NCBI GenBank assembly: GCA_045646505.1
Contig: JAZRKW010000090.1
Location: forward strand, 18,955 to 82,954
Direction of reading: 5' to 3'
DNA from: Akkermansia sp.
GTDB lineage: Bacteria > Verrucomicrobiota > Verrucomicrobiia > Verrucomicrobiales > Akkermansiaceae
DNA: 64,000 bases
Shown here: positions 9,201-17,382 of the stretch, piece after piece
How the letters are laid out: each line of letters starts with the position of its first letter
Numbering within the stretch: position 1 is the first letter of the stretch
Program-made: the position numbers and the translations under genes
Notes under the pieces: generated by a model
What the model was told of the DNA's origin: nothing
What the model saw: only the letters and a program-made list of their open reading frames with translations
The model's database searches: none

Positions 9201-11735
9201 TTTCTCTCCTGTGAGCGAATCCACCAGAATATGCGCCAGCTTCAGGCGCTGGTTCTCACCACCGGATAGCGTATTGAGCGGCTGACCGAGCCCCAGGTGC
9301 CCCAGCCCTACATCCACCAGCACCTGCAGACGCGCGGCAATGCGGCGGGCCCGGGCATTCTTCTCACGGGCAAAGAGACGCTGCGCATGGGCAATGTCCA
9401 GCGCCAGCATTTCGGCCATGTTGTAGCCCAGCAGGGTGATGGTGAGCGCCTGTTCGGTGTAGCGCGTGCCGTGGCACAGGGCGCAGGGCACAAAAATATC
9501 CGAAAGGAACTGCATTTCCACCTTCTCCTGTCCCAGACCGGAGCAGCGGGGACAACGGCCATCGCCGCTGTTAAAGGAGAAATAGCCGGGTTTCAGACCA
9601 CGCGCCTGAGCAGCAGGTTCGGCCACGAAGAGCGCGCGGATATCCTCAAACACGCCAATATACACCGCAGGGGTACTGCGCGGCGTGCGCACAATGGGAC
9701 TCTGATCCACCAGCACCACTTCCTCAACGGCATCCAGCCCGGAGATACGACGCACCTGTACCTCATCCTCATCATCCAGCTCTTCCGGGTGCACCGAACC
9801 GAACAACACCTGGCAGGCCAGCGTACTCTTGCCGCTGCCGGAAACACCTGTCAGACAATTGTACACCCCCAGCGGGATATCGACTGAGAAATCATGCAGG
9901 TTGTGGCACTCCGCACCCTCGATGCGGATGCAGCCCTTTCCCTTGCGGCGACGCGGCGACACGGGAATGCAACGGCTGCCGCTGAGGAACTGGCCCGTGA
10001 GGGAATCGGCCTTGTGCAGAATGCCCGCAGGCTCGCCGGCATACACCAGCTCGCCACCGGCAGCACCACTGCCCGGCCCCATATCCACCAGGTAATCGGC
10101 GGCGCGCATCACGGCTTCCTCGTGTTCCACCACCACGAGCGTGTTGCCACGGTGAGCCAGACGGCGCATAGCAGCAATGAGCCGCGCAGTGTCGCGTGCA
10201 TGCAGCCCCACCGTGGGCTCATCCAGCACAAAAAGTGTCTCAGTAAGCGCTGCCCCCAGACAAGTGGTAAGGCTCACGCGCTCAATCTCACCACCGGAAA
10301 GCGAACGCGTCAGACGGCTGGCGGAGATATAGCCCAGCCCCACCTCGCAGAGATAAGCCACGCGGCTGCGGAACTCCTTCACCGCCTGCTCCAGCGAGCG
10401 GTCGGCACCGGTGTGGTCCAGCACATGCTCATCCAGCCAGGGCAACAGTTCATCCATGGGCAGAGCCTGCACCTGCGGCACAGTGAGCCCTCCGATGGTG
10501 AAGGCCAGAGCCTCCGGACGCAGACGGCCGCCATGGCATTCCGGGCACACGCTGTACACGCGGTAGAAGGAAAGGAACACACGCACGCTCATCTTGTGCG
10601 CATGCTTCTCCATGTCATCGAAAATTCCCTTATAGCCATACCACAGGCCGCGGTCCCAGGCCTCCCAGGGGTCCATATCGCCCGCTTCACCGTAAAACAC
10701 CCAGTCCTTTTCCTTCTGGGTGAGCTCATTCCACGGCACATCCATGCGCACAGAGGGACGGCGCTTGTTCGCCTTCACCAAATCCTTATAGCAAGCGGAA
10801 AGCGTGGCCGAGGAAAGCATTTTCAGCGCACCATCGGCAATCGTCTTGTCGGGGATGATGCCCTTGTTGTAGTCATAGGTGATGCTGCGGCCATAGCCCT
10901 TGCACGCAGGGCATGCGCCCAGCGGAGAATTGCCGCTGAACAAGCCGGGACGCGGCTCCTGCAGCGGAAACCAGTCGCTGCGGAACTCGCGGGGCTCCTG
11001 CCAGCAGCCGTCCTCAGCAGGAAGCGATACCTGCGCTACATCCTGCCCCAGATGAAGGGCGGTTTCCAGCGCTTCCATGAGTCGCGCACGGGAATCGGGC
11101 ACCAGTTTCACGCGATCCTGCACCACCAGCCAGCGCTCCATACCCAGGGTGGCTTCCGTGGCATCCGAAAGGCGCTGTACACTGCCCCCGGCCAGTACAC
11201 GCAGATAGCCCTGTGCCTCCAGCGCCTGCACCATTTCCTCGAAACTGCCCACAGGACGCACGGCAAAGCATACCAGGGCCGATTCCCCGGGATGCGCGGC
11301 TATCAATTCATCGGCCACACCCTGCGGCGTAGCGGGGCGAACCACATTGCCCGCGGCATCACGCCCCACTGACAGGCGCGAGAAAATGAGCTTCAGGTAC
11401 TCATTCATCCCGGTCATGGTGCCCACAGTGGAGCGGGAATTCTTCACGCTGTTGCGCTGACCGAGCGCAATAGCGGGCGGCACATTCTCTACCGCCTCCA
11501 CATTCGGGCGGTCCATGCGGTCCATGAACTGGCGCACATAGGGCGAAAAAGTCTCCACATAGCGCCGCTGGCCCTCAGCATACAAAGTACTCATCGCCAG
11601 CGAGGTCTTACCACTGCCGCTCGGGCCCGTCACCACCGTGATACCGCCCAGCGGAATATCCACATCCACCCCCTTCAGGTTGTGCTCCTTCGCACCCCGA
11701 ATGTGAATCTCCTTGTCCTCACCTCGCTTATTCAT
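6219..11735 (-). CDS. uvrA: Excinuclease ABC subunit A, double-length (tandem-fused) form
   Basis: 1838 aa; four Walker A motifs (GPSGSGKT, GVSGSGKS, GLSGSGKS, GPSGAGKT), four LSGGE signatures, Zn-finger CxxC motifs. Confidence 0.95.
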   Translation of the reverse strand: MNKRGEDKEIHIRGAKEHNLKGVDVDIPLGGITVVTGPSGSGKTSLAMSTLYAEGQRRYVETFSPYVRQFMDRMDRPNVEAVENVPPAIALGQRNSVKNSRSTVGTMTGMNEYLKLIFSRLSVGRDAAGNVVRPATPQGVADELIAAHPGESALVCFAVRPVGSFEEMVQALEAQGYLRVLAGGSVQRLSDATEATLGMERWLVVQDRVKLVPDSRARLMEALETALHLGQDVAQVSLPAEDGCWQEPREFRSDWFPLQEPRPGLFSGNSPLGACPACKGYGRSITYDYNKGIIPDKTIADGALKMLSSATLSACYKDLVKANKRRPSVRMDVPWNELTQKEKDWVFYGEAGDMDPWEAWDRGLWYGYKGIFDDMEKHAHKMSVRVFLSFYRVYSVCPECHGGRLRPEALAFTIGGLTVPQVQALPMDELLPWLDEHVLDHTGADRSLEQAVKEFRSRVAYLCEVGLGYISASRLTRSLSGGEIERVSLTTCLGAALTETLFVLDEPTVGLHARDTARLIAAMRRLAHRGNTLVVVEHEEAVMRAADYLVDMGPGSGAAGGELVYAGEPAGILHKADSLTGQFLSGSRCIPVSPRRRKGKGCIRIEGAECHNLHDFSVDIPLGVYNCLTGVSGSGKSTLACQVLFGSVHPEELDDEDEVQVRRISGLDAVEEVVLVDQSPIVRTPRSTPAVYIGVFEDIRALFVAEPAAQARGLKPGYFSFNSGDGRCPRCSGLGQEKVEMQFLSDIFVPCALCHGTRYTEQALTITLLGYNMAEMLALDIAHAQRLFAREKNARARRIAARLQVLVDVGLGHLGLGQPLNTLSGGENQRLKLAHILVDSLTGEKQDKGRLLILDEPGTGLHFRDLEVLLRVFDRLVEQGNTLLVIEHNMELIKCADHVIDLGPEGGTGGGLLVAQGTPEEVAATGAGFTSHFLAEALQMEYDVLPLMAAEDHDSSVPEGVIALRGARHHQLKNIDVDIPRDAMTVVTGLSGSGKSTLAFDIIFAEGQKRFMDVMSPYARQFTEQMETPDIDRLTGLPPTVAIEQNRSRGGCKSTVGTVTEVWQFLRLLYAKLGQPHCPKCRVPVGRRSPAEIQALVQQEIAARPASLMIAAPVVRNRKGHYADLARWAAKKKYPYLRADGVLVAPDAFTPLDRYSNHDVDVVLAEISVQGNRITVNGQEADYVGIMETVSRALEMGDGFIRLLKGESDQLIGTRLTCPQCGESFAEPEPSTFSFNSPRGWCPHCLGHGRVGKVKSGAKPEDKLSQLEVELKYDRDVERAAAKEEESVLCPVCHGTRLNPFAMGVTLFGRNIAEVGALSADDALPVVESWKFEGREAEIARNVMAEIAPRLRFLQRVGLGYLSLDRAATTLSGGETQRIRLAAQLGSELRGVLYVLDEPTIGLHPQDNERLLSTLADLKHRGNTLLVVEHDEDTMRAADHIIDLGPAAGIHGGQIMAQGSFDAVEHNPDSVTGRALLSREKHPFCGKYLPVKDAEWLEIEGCKLHNLKDVTLRIPRARFTVVTGPSGAGKTSLITETLGPAVREALGGSISREERVAWKRSRGLDSVRALYQVDQSPLGKTPRSTPATYIGIFNEIRSLFAQSADARRLGFDAGRFSFNTAAGHCEACKGTGYQRQEMDFLPPCTVLCETCRGARYNSRTLQVRYKGKNIAEVLNMDMEEAAEFFASQPRLADPLRLLCDTGLGYLTLGQASNTLSGGEAQRIKLVAELIKGRRAALNAIRKGKALPQDLYIIEEPTIGLHPHDVRLLVQVLRRLVEMGNTVVVIEHNLELICEADYVIDLGPGAGSAGGNIVAQGTVRQLSRAKSPTAPFIKAELER

Positions 11736-11951
11736 GGAATTATTCTAAACTAGAACCCCTCCCGATACAAGCCGAAAGTGTGTCCACCCTGAATTGATTG
11801 CAGGAAAATAACCGGGAATCTACACTGAACACAGTAGAAAAATCATACCACCCATCCTCTCCCTGCGCTCGAAACGATCTGCTCTTTTCATGTCCCGGGT
11901 GCATCATTATCGTTGCCAATGAGTGGAGCAACGTGGTATATTTCCTCTGTG

Positions 11952-12533
11952 ATGAAGTCCTTATACCTGATTCTTGTTCTGTTTTGCGCCACGTCCATGG
12001 CTTTTACCCAGGAGATTGACGAAGAAACCTGCGAACCGGTTTCTACCGCGCAAAAGGGGAAAAAGAAAGCAGAAAAAGAACTTTCGCCTGTAGCAGAAAT
12101 ACTTTCCCGCGGCACATATCTCACCAGGAAAAAGCCCAATCTGAAAGCCAGGTACTATGGTTTTTTGCGGTCGGCCAGCTGGTGCTTGCCCTGCAAGATG
12201 ATTGTACCCAAGCTGCTGAAGGATTACGGCAAGATGAAGGGAGCCAAGATGGAACTCATTTTCCTGGGACAGGAAGACGAAGCGGCAGTTAAACAGTACA
12301 TGAAGGATGGCGACTACAATATCCCTGGAATCATGCCCGGTAAGCTGGGAGAGGTCCCCGGCGTGCAATTCCCGAACCTTGGTTTCCCTTCACTCTGCAT
12401 TGTGGATGCCAATGGTAATTTTGTAGCAGCCTCCGGTGGTGTGAATATGTACGATTGGAAAAAGCAACTTCAAACCTACATTAAAGAGCAGCGTAAACTG
12501 AAGCAGCAGAAAAAGCGTGAGTCTGAAGAATAA
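11952..12533 (+). CDS. Exported thioredoxin-like protein
   Basis: Signal peptide MKSLYLILVLFCATSMA; SASWCLPC active site; GFPSLCIVD. Confidence 0.8.
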   Translation: MKSLYLILVLFCATSMAFTQEIDEETCEPVSTAQKGKKKAEKELSPVAEILSRGTYLTRKKPNLKARYYGFLRSASWCLPCKMIVPKLLKDYGKMKGAKMELIFLGQEDEAAVKQYMKDGDYNIPGIMPGKLGEVPGVQFPNLGFPSLCIVDANGNFVAASGGVNMYDWKKQLQTYIKEQRKLKQQKKRESEE

Positions 12534-12571
12534 GCATTGCAAATCAATGCCGGCGCAGGCATAATACCGGC

Positions 12572-13339
12572 ATGTTCTTCTCTGCTGCTGCCAGGGTCTT
12601 TGTAGAAAAATGGGGGCATGCACCTGACGCCATAAATACCTATGGTCACAACCTGGTAGCATGGCTGGCGGGATATGGTCGCAGCAAAGGAGACCTGGTC
12701 AGTCTGGAAAGCGCTATACGCCACGGGTATCAAGCAGATGTGGAGGGCGATGTATGGCAAAGCGCACTGCACGAGGCGGTGGACATGCACCACTGGGCAG
12801 CGGTGGATGTGCTGCTGCGTTTTCCGATTTCGCGGGAACATGTTCTCATAGCCCTGTGCACCCTGCTCACGCATGCGGAGCCACTGGCCGAAACAAAGCA
12901 CAGAGCCAGAGATGAATACCGGTACGGTCTGATTCTCTTTCAACGTCTCAATGGCGCCACGCAGGAGGAATGCCGGCGGCTGCTCTGTGCGGCCTTCAAT
13001 GGCTCTGCCCTGGCCTGGTTCATCCCCCTCATGAGCATGGGTGTGCAGCTTCCGCCGCAGGAGAAATGGGACAACAGAACAGATGAGCTATGGTGGTACA
13101 ACGACTATACCGACCCGGAAGAAAAGGGAAGCTTCGCCCGACTGATGCGCCGATTCTTCCTCGAGCGTCTGCCGCAGCTCGTTGAACAACACGGCCACCG
13201 TTTCCCGGATTTCGAAATACGCGGCGAGCGGCTCTTCTTCACCGGGAATCCCGCCACCCGGCTTCCCCTGCTCTGCACCCGCCGCAGCCGTGGGCGCATG
13301 AAGGACATTGAACGCTCCGCGCTCCTGTTTGCGAGGTAG
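12572..13339 (+). CDS. Hypothetical protein with a weak ankyrin-like segment
   Basis: 255-aa ORF with its own promoter; SALHEAVDMHHWAAVDVLL resembles one ankyrin repeat. Confidence 0.55.
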   Translation: MFFSAAARVFVEKWGHAPDAINTYGHNLVAWLAGYGRSKGDLVSLESAIRHGYQADVEGDVWQSALHEAVDMHHWAAVDVLLRFPISREHVLIALCTLLTHAEPLAETKHRARDEYRYGLILFQRLNGATQEECRRLLCAAFNGSALAWFIPLMSMGVQLPPQEKWDNRTDELWWYNDYTDPEEKGSFARLMRRFFLERLPQLVEQHGHRFPDFEIRGERLFFTGNPATRLPLLCTRRSRGRMKDIERSALLFAR

Positions 13340-13413
13340 ATTCCGATTTGGCGGGGATGATGGCTCGCGTCAGCGAGCGGAATTGAGAACCCGCGTCAGC
13401 GGGTGTCAGCCAG

Positions 13414-13620
13414 TAGCCCAGCGTGTAGCCGCGTAGCGGCGGAACGCTGGGTTTGGAATAAAAAATAACCAGAACCCCGACCAACGTGGAGGGGTGGCAG
13501 GGAAGCGCAGCTAAAACACTAAGCCGAAGCTTCTGCCACCCACTCCGCTACGCTACGGGGTTCTGATATGTTTTTCATTTTACCCAGCGTTCCGCCGCGT
13601 TGCGGCTCCACGCTGGGCTA
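13414..13620. repeat. REP/REPIN-like nested inverted repeat
   Basis: 39-bp arms at 13414-13452 and 13582-13620 (4 mismatches), each self-palindromic; inner arms cagaaccccg/cggggttctg and gggtggcag/ctgccaccc. Confidence 0.8.
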
Positions 13621-13672
13621 TCAGCTACCGCCCTCCGGGCTCAGAATTCCGCGGCCTTACGCCCGCCTGACT

Positions 13673-14971
13673 TCAAAACGTTTTCCGATGGACGAGCTCG
13701 CCGTACCTGTCGAAATAGGCATAAATAACGCTGCCATCCGGTTGATCGAAGCAGATACTCGCAGCAAACGGACCGGGGCCGGAATAGCGGTGGAATAGGA
13801 TATTGGCAGACGGATTCCTGTGAATATCAATGCCGGAAACCTGCGTATCCCGCGGCAATTTGGCCAGGCTCAGCGCCTCTGCCACATCCGGCGACTCGCT
13901 GCTGAGAAGGCGGTGCAGTCTCCAGGTGTTGCTCTGGGTAAAACACCAGGCGGAACCAAGAAGGAGAAGCCCACATATGCCATGGATGACCGGGCGGGAA
14001 AGAAGCCGGGGCAGTCGTTTCCGGGGGGCCTGCAGGTGAGACGGCAGAGGCTGGTCAGCATCCACCATAACAACGGTGCCGCTCACATCGTGAATGCAGA
14101 CACCATGCGGGGTCTCGTAGATTCCCTGCAACTGGGCATGGCGGTTATAAATCCAGGTTCCCTTTTCGCCGACAACCTGGAGCGATTCCCGGGCTGTGGT
14201 ATAATAGCGCCCTGGGCGGTTCTGCCCCGGATACGGAAGGGGGCCACCAGGATTCTTCAGACGGCTGACACATCGCCAGATGATAGCAGCCACAATCGCC
14301 ATGGCCAGGTAGGAAGCTTTGTAGGAAGCCCCCATAAGCAGCAAACCCCAGAGCAGCAGCAGACCGGGGCGCAGCCAGGTCAAGACCCAGGCAGGGCCGC
14401 TCAGCAAAGCATAAGCATCCAGGTATTCGCGGCGCTGCTCCGGCGTGCCGCTGAACGTGAGTGGGCTGGTGCAGGTCAGTTCCGCCGGCGGCGGGGTGAA
14501 TGCCGAGGCCGGTGGCGTTTTCCCGGCGTGTTCAGCCGCAAATCGGGCAAACTCGGCAATGCGTTCCTCGGGCAGACCTTCGAGCAGGCAGTTGAAGGAC
14601 TTGCCGCTCTCCAGCTGCATCCAGACGGTGTGGTTCAGTATACGGCGAACCTCTCGGATATCCCCCCAGGAGAAGTAGAGACAAACTTGCCCGTTGTCAC
14701 CCTCCATCATCACCCCACCCTCCGTGAGGGTATAGAAGGTATCTTCGTAGGATTTGGTATTTTTCCGGATGTGGCGAAGCTGAAAATACGCCCCGATGGC
14801 CGCCGGGAAGGCCATACCAAGCATCACACACCACATATAGGGTGACAGAAGGGACGATGAGCCGCACACAACGTACGCAAGCAGGGCAAAGAGGCCCCAT
14901 TTAAGGAAAAAACTGATGAAAACGGTCTTGGAGGTCGTGCTGTTGCCTACTCTGGTGACATGGTAAACCAT
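13673..14971 (-). CDS. Hypothetical membrane protein (two TM-pair plus soluble modules, YcxB-like)
   Basis: 432-aa ORF with three hydrophobic clusters; last gene of the co-directional block. Confidence 0.65.
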   Translation of the reverse strand: MVYHVTRVGNSTTSKTVFISFFLKWGLFALLAYVVCGSSSLLSPYMWCVMLGMAFPAAIGAYFQLRHIRKNTKSYEDTFYTLTEGGVMMEGDNGQVCLYFSWGDIREVRRILNHTVWMQLESGKSFNCLLEGLPEERIAEFARFAAEHAGKTPPASAFTPPPAELTCTSPLTFSGTPEQRREYLDAYALLSGPAWVLTWLRPGLLLLWGLLLMGASYKASYLAMAIVAAIIWRCVSRLKNPGGPLPYPGQNRPGRYYTTARESLQVVGEKGTWIYNRHAQLQGIYETPHGVCIHDVSGTVVMVDADQPLPSHLQAPRKRLPRLLSRPVIHGICGLLLLGSAWCFTQSNTWRLHRLLSSESPDVAEALSLAKLPRDTQVSGIDIHRNPSANILFHRYSGPGPFAASICFDQPDGSVIYAYFDRYGELVHRKTF

Positions 14972-14986
14972 AGTGATAAGAAAATT

Positions 14987-15496
14987 TTAGAAATCAAAAA
15001 CGAGCATACAGATACCGACCACAACAGCAATGATACCCACAACAGAGGCAATGACCGGAGTCTGCAGCGGGCGGATTGCGTCAACCAGCATAGCATCATC
15101 AGGGTTGTGGGGATTATACAGCACCACAAAGTTACTATCGCCGACAACGGGGTCATACGGGGCACCGCCCTTCACTTCGTAGCTGTTTCCGGCATCATCA
15201 GTAAAGCCATATACACCTGTATATCGGTTTCCGCGGTAGCGCTCCGAGCGATGTATATCATCACCCCCGAAGATGATGCGATGGGAATTGTTTCTTTCAA
15301 CGCTCAACAGAGTAGCATGCGTGCGGATACCATGCATATTGAGACGACGAAACTTCAGAATGATACGGAGACCCATATATGCCATCATCCCCCCGGTGAT
15401 GATAGCGGCATAAGGGATATATTCAGAGGGTAAATGGAAAACGTAAGCGAGCATCTTGTCTACCGGGATGATAAGGCATCGGGAGTTGGTTGTCAA
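14987..15496 (-). CDS. Membrane protein, DUF3592-like
   Basis: TM / beta-rich middle ending VGD..VVLYNPHNPDDA / TM; start codon uncertain. Confidence 0.65.
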   Translation of the reverse strand: MTTNSRCLIIPVDKMLAYVFHLPSEYIPYAAIITGGMMAYMGLRIILKFRRLNMHGIRTHATLLSVERNNSHRIIFGGDDIHRSERYRGNRYTGVYGFTDDAGNSYEVKGGAPYDPVVGDSNFVVLYNPHNPDDAMLVDAIRPLQTPVIASVVGIIAVVVGICMLVFDF

Positions 15497-15567
15497 TTAA
15501 TTCCTCGCTGTTCTGTTTCGGGACTAAAGTCCCGTGCTCCGATGACAATACAACCCCGCAAGCCATT

Positions 15568-16131
15568 CTACCCCAATTCCTCTTCGATTTCCGCCAGGAG
15601 GTCGAGAGCGTCTGAATAACCAGGGTTGATTTCAAGGCAGCGGCGAAGCCAGTGGCGCGCAGCCTGGAGGTCCCGCGGCACCCCCAGCGCATTCACGCAA
15701 ATCACCGCATACCAGAACATGGCACCGGAATTAAGTCCCTTCTCAGCCACCAGTTTCAACAAGCTTGCTCCCCTGGCAGGATTCAATTCGGTGAGTCTGC
15801 CATGGTACAGGTACTCAAAGGCCAGAACATAAGTGCTCTCCATTTCTCCCAGTTCAGATGCCCTGGAGTGGTAGAAAAAGGCCTTAGCAGCATTGGGTTT
15901 CAATCCGCACGAGCCATAGCGATAAGCCTCTGCCAGCTCATAGCAAGCCTCAGGTTCATCCAGCTCAGCGGCGCATTTGAGCCATTTCAGGGCAAGTTTC
16001 TCGTCATGTGGTACCTCATCTGACCAGCGCAACCTGCCAGCCAGCAGACGCATGGCAACAGCATCGCCAGCCTCAGCCCGGCTGCGAAGCTCAGCGATAT
16101 CCTCGAATTCTTCTACAATTTCGTCATTCAT
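15568..16131 (-). CDS. Sel1-repeat protein
   Basis: AEAGDAVAM, ALKWLKCAAE, LGVPRDLQAARHWL; ATGA overlap with the upstream gene. Confidence 0.85.
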   Translation of the reverse strand: MNDEIVEEFEDIAELRSRAEAGDAVAMRLLAGRLRWSDEVPHDEKLALKWLKCAAELDEPEACYELAEAYRYGSCGLKPNAAKAFFYHSRASELGEMESTYVLAFEYLYHGRLTELNPARGASLLKLVAEKGLNSGAMFWYAVICVNALGVPRDLQAARHWLRRCLEINPGYSDALDLLAEIEEELG

Positions 16132-16610
16132 AAGGCAGCAACGGACAAGAAGCAACTAAAAAGGAGCAAGATACTCAGAAACCAGCAAAGAGGAGAAAAC
16201 CACGAATAGCGTTGGCCGAGGTTCCGCCCCAGCACCACACCGAGAACCGGCCAGAAGAAATACGCAACACCACCGGCCATCAATTCCAGAATCGTATCGA
16301 AAGAAGGACGATACTCCAGAAACTCCAGAATCGCCCAAGGGATGTGCCACTGAGTCACCAGGCAGAACAGCAGCAGGTATTTCACCCAATGAGGCACCTT
16401 GAACTCAAACAAACACAAGGCTGCCAAGGTGATAATCAAGGAACTGATAGCCACGGCAAGCACCGCGGCCATGCAGATAACCATGTGCCAGCCCGGCTTG
16501 ATGGCCGTATAGGTAATCAGCGTCAGGCTCAGACAGACACCTGTAAACACCGGACTATACAACCAGGACATAAGAAAGCATGAATCAGAGAGACTTTCCC
16601 AATATGGCAC
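16128..16610 (-). CDS. Hypothetical polytopic membrane protein
   Basis: Highly hydrophobic ORF coupled to its neighbours; start may be 16571. Confidence 0.65.
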   Translation of the reverse strand: MPYWESLSDSCFLMSWLYSPVFTGVCLSLTLITYTAIKPGWHMVICMAAVLAVAISSLIITLAALCLFEFKVPHWVKYLLLFCLVTQWHIPWAILEFLEYRPSFDTILELMAGGVAYFFWPVLGVVLGRNLGQRYSWFSPLCWFLSILLLFSCFLSVAAL

Positions 16611-17376
16611 GTACCAGGGCGGTGAGCCCCATGAGAATACCGGCTACCAGCAGATTCAGAATGACAGCCACCACTGCGCTCCACAACGTGTATAAAGTAT
16701 CGAAGCCGTGCCAGTAGAAATCCACCACAGCGCCGAGAAAAGCCACCACAGCCACAAGTTGCAGGCAAATGCGCTTAGTACCGGGCGCACTGAGGGAATG
16801 ACGCTGCACCCACAACCACCCCACGCAACAGAACACGGCGGGAAACATAAAGCAAAGCACGGCGAGCATCAGCTCGCGATAGCACAACTCCCACTGTCCC
16901 TGTGGCAGGTATTGCGGATACGGCGGAGCCACAAGCACCGCCTTCTGCTCATCAAACGACACATTGATGTCATCTGCACAGAAACGCATACTGCCATCAG
17001 CCTTTACCTCCAGCCAGGGAGAAAGGCAAGCGCGCTCAGCCGTCAACGCAGGGGTATTTTCCTCCGGATAAAGAGGCTTGACCTGATTGTTGGCATACCT
17101 GCCGGAAACGCCCTGCACTTCCTGCATAGCATAGGTAGCAATGATTTTCTGCCGCAGTTCCTCATTAGCCGGCAACGTGAACACAATCCGGGGAAAACCG
17201 TCCTCCGTTTCCGCACGGACGGTTGTGAAATTCAAGCCGGCAGGAGGTTCACCCAACCAGGGGCCGGCTTGAGTGCGCCATAATCCCTCTGCGCTTGAAT
17301 CTCCCCAGTTGCCCAGCAGAAAAATCATCGCATAAGCCAGGCTCAGCAGAATAAAATATATCTTCTCTTGTTTCAT
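16585..17376 (-). CDS. Hypothetical membrane protein
   Basis: N-terminal TM, soluble loop, three C-terminal TMs. Confidence 0.7.
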   Translation of the reverse strand: MKQEKIYFILLSLAYAMIFLLGNWGDSSAEGLWRTQAGPWLGEPPAGLNFTTVRAETEDGFPRIVFTLPANEELRQKIIATYAMQEVQGVSGRYANNQVKPLYPEENTPALTAERACLSPWLEVKADGSMRFCADDINVSFDEQKAVLVAPPYPQYLPQGQWELCYRELMLAVLCFMFPAVFCCVGWLWVQRHSLSAPGTKRICLQLVAVVAFLGAVVDFYWHGFDTLYTLWSAVVAVILNLLVAGILMGLTALVRAILGKSL

Positions 17377-17382
17377 AAATCA

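Noticed and set aside
6375-11372. Several 200-490-aa plus-strand ORFs opposite uvrA
   Set aside because: Typical stop-poor antisense frames of a GC-rich gene; no recognisable motifs
13414-13620. Possible CRISPR array or structured ncRNA
   Set aside because: Only two units, in inverted orientation, with no spacers and no cas genes; treated as REP-like
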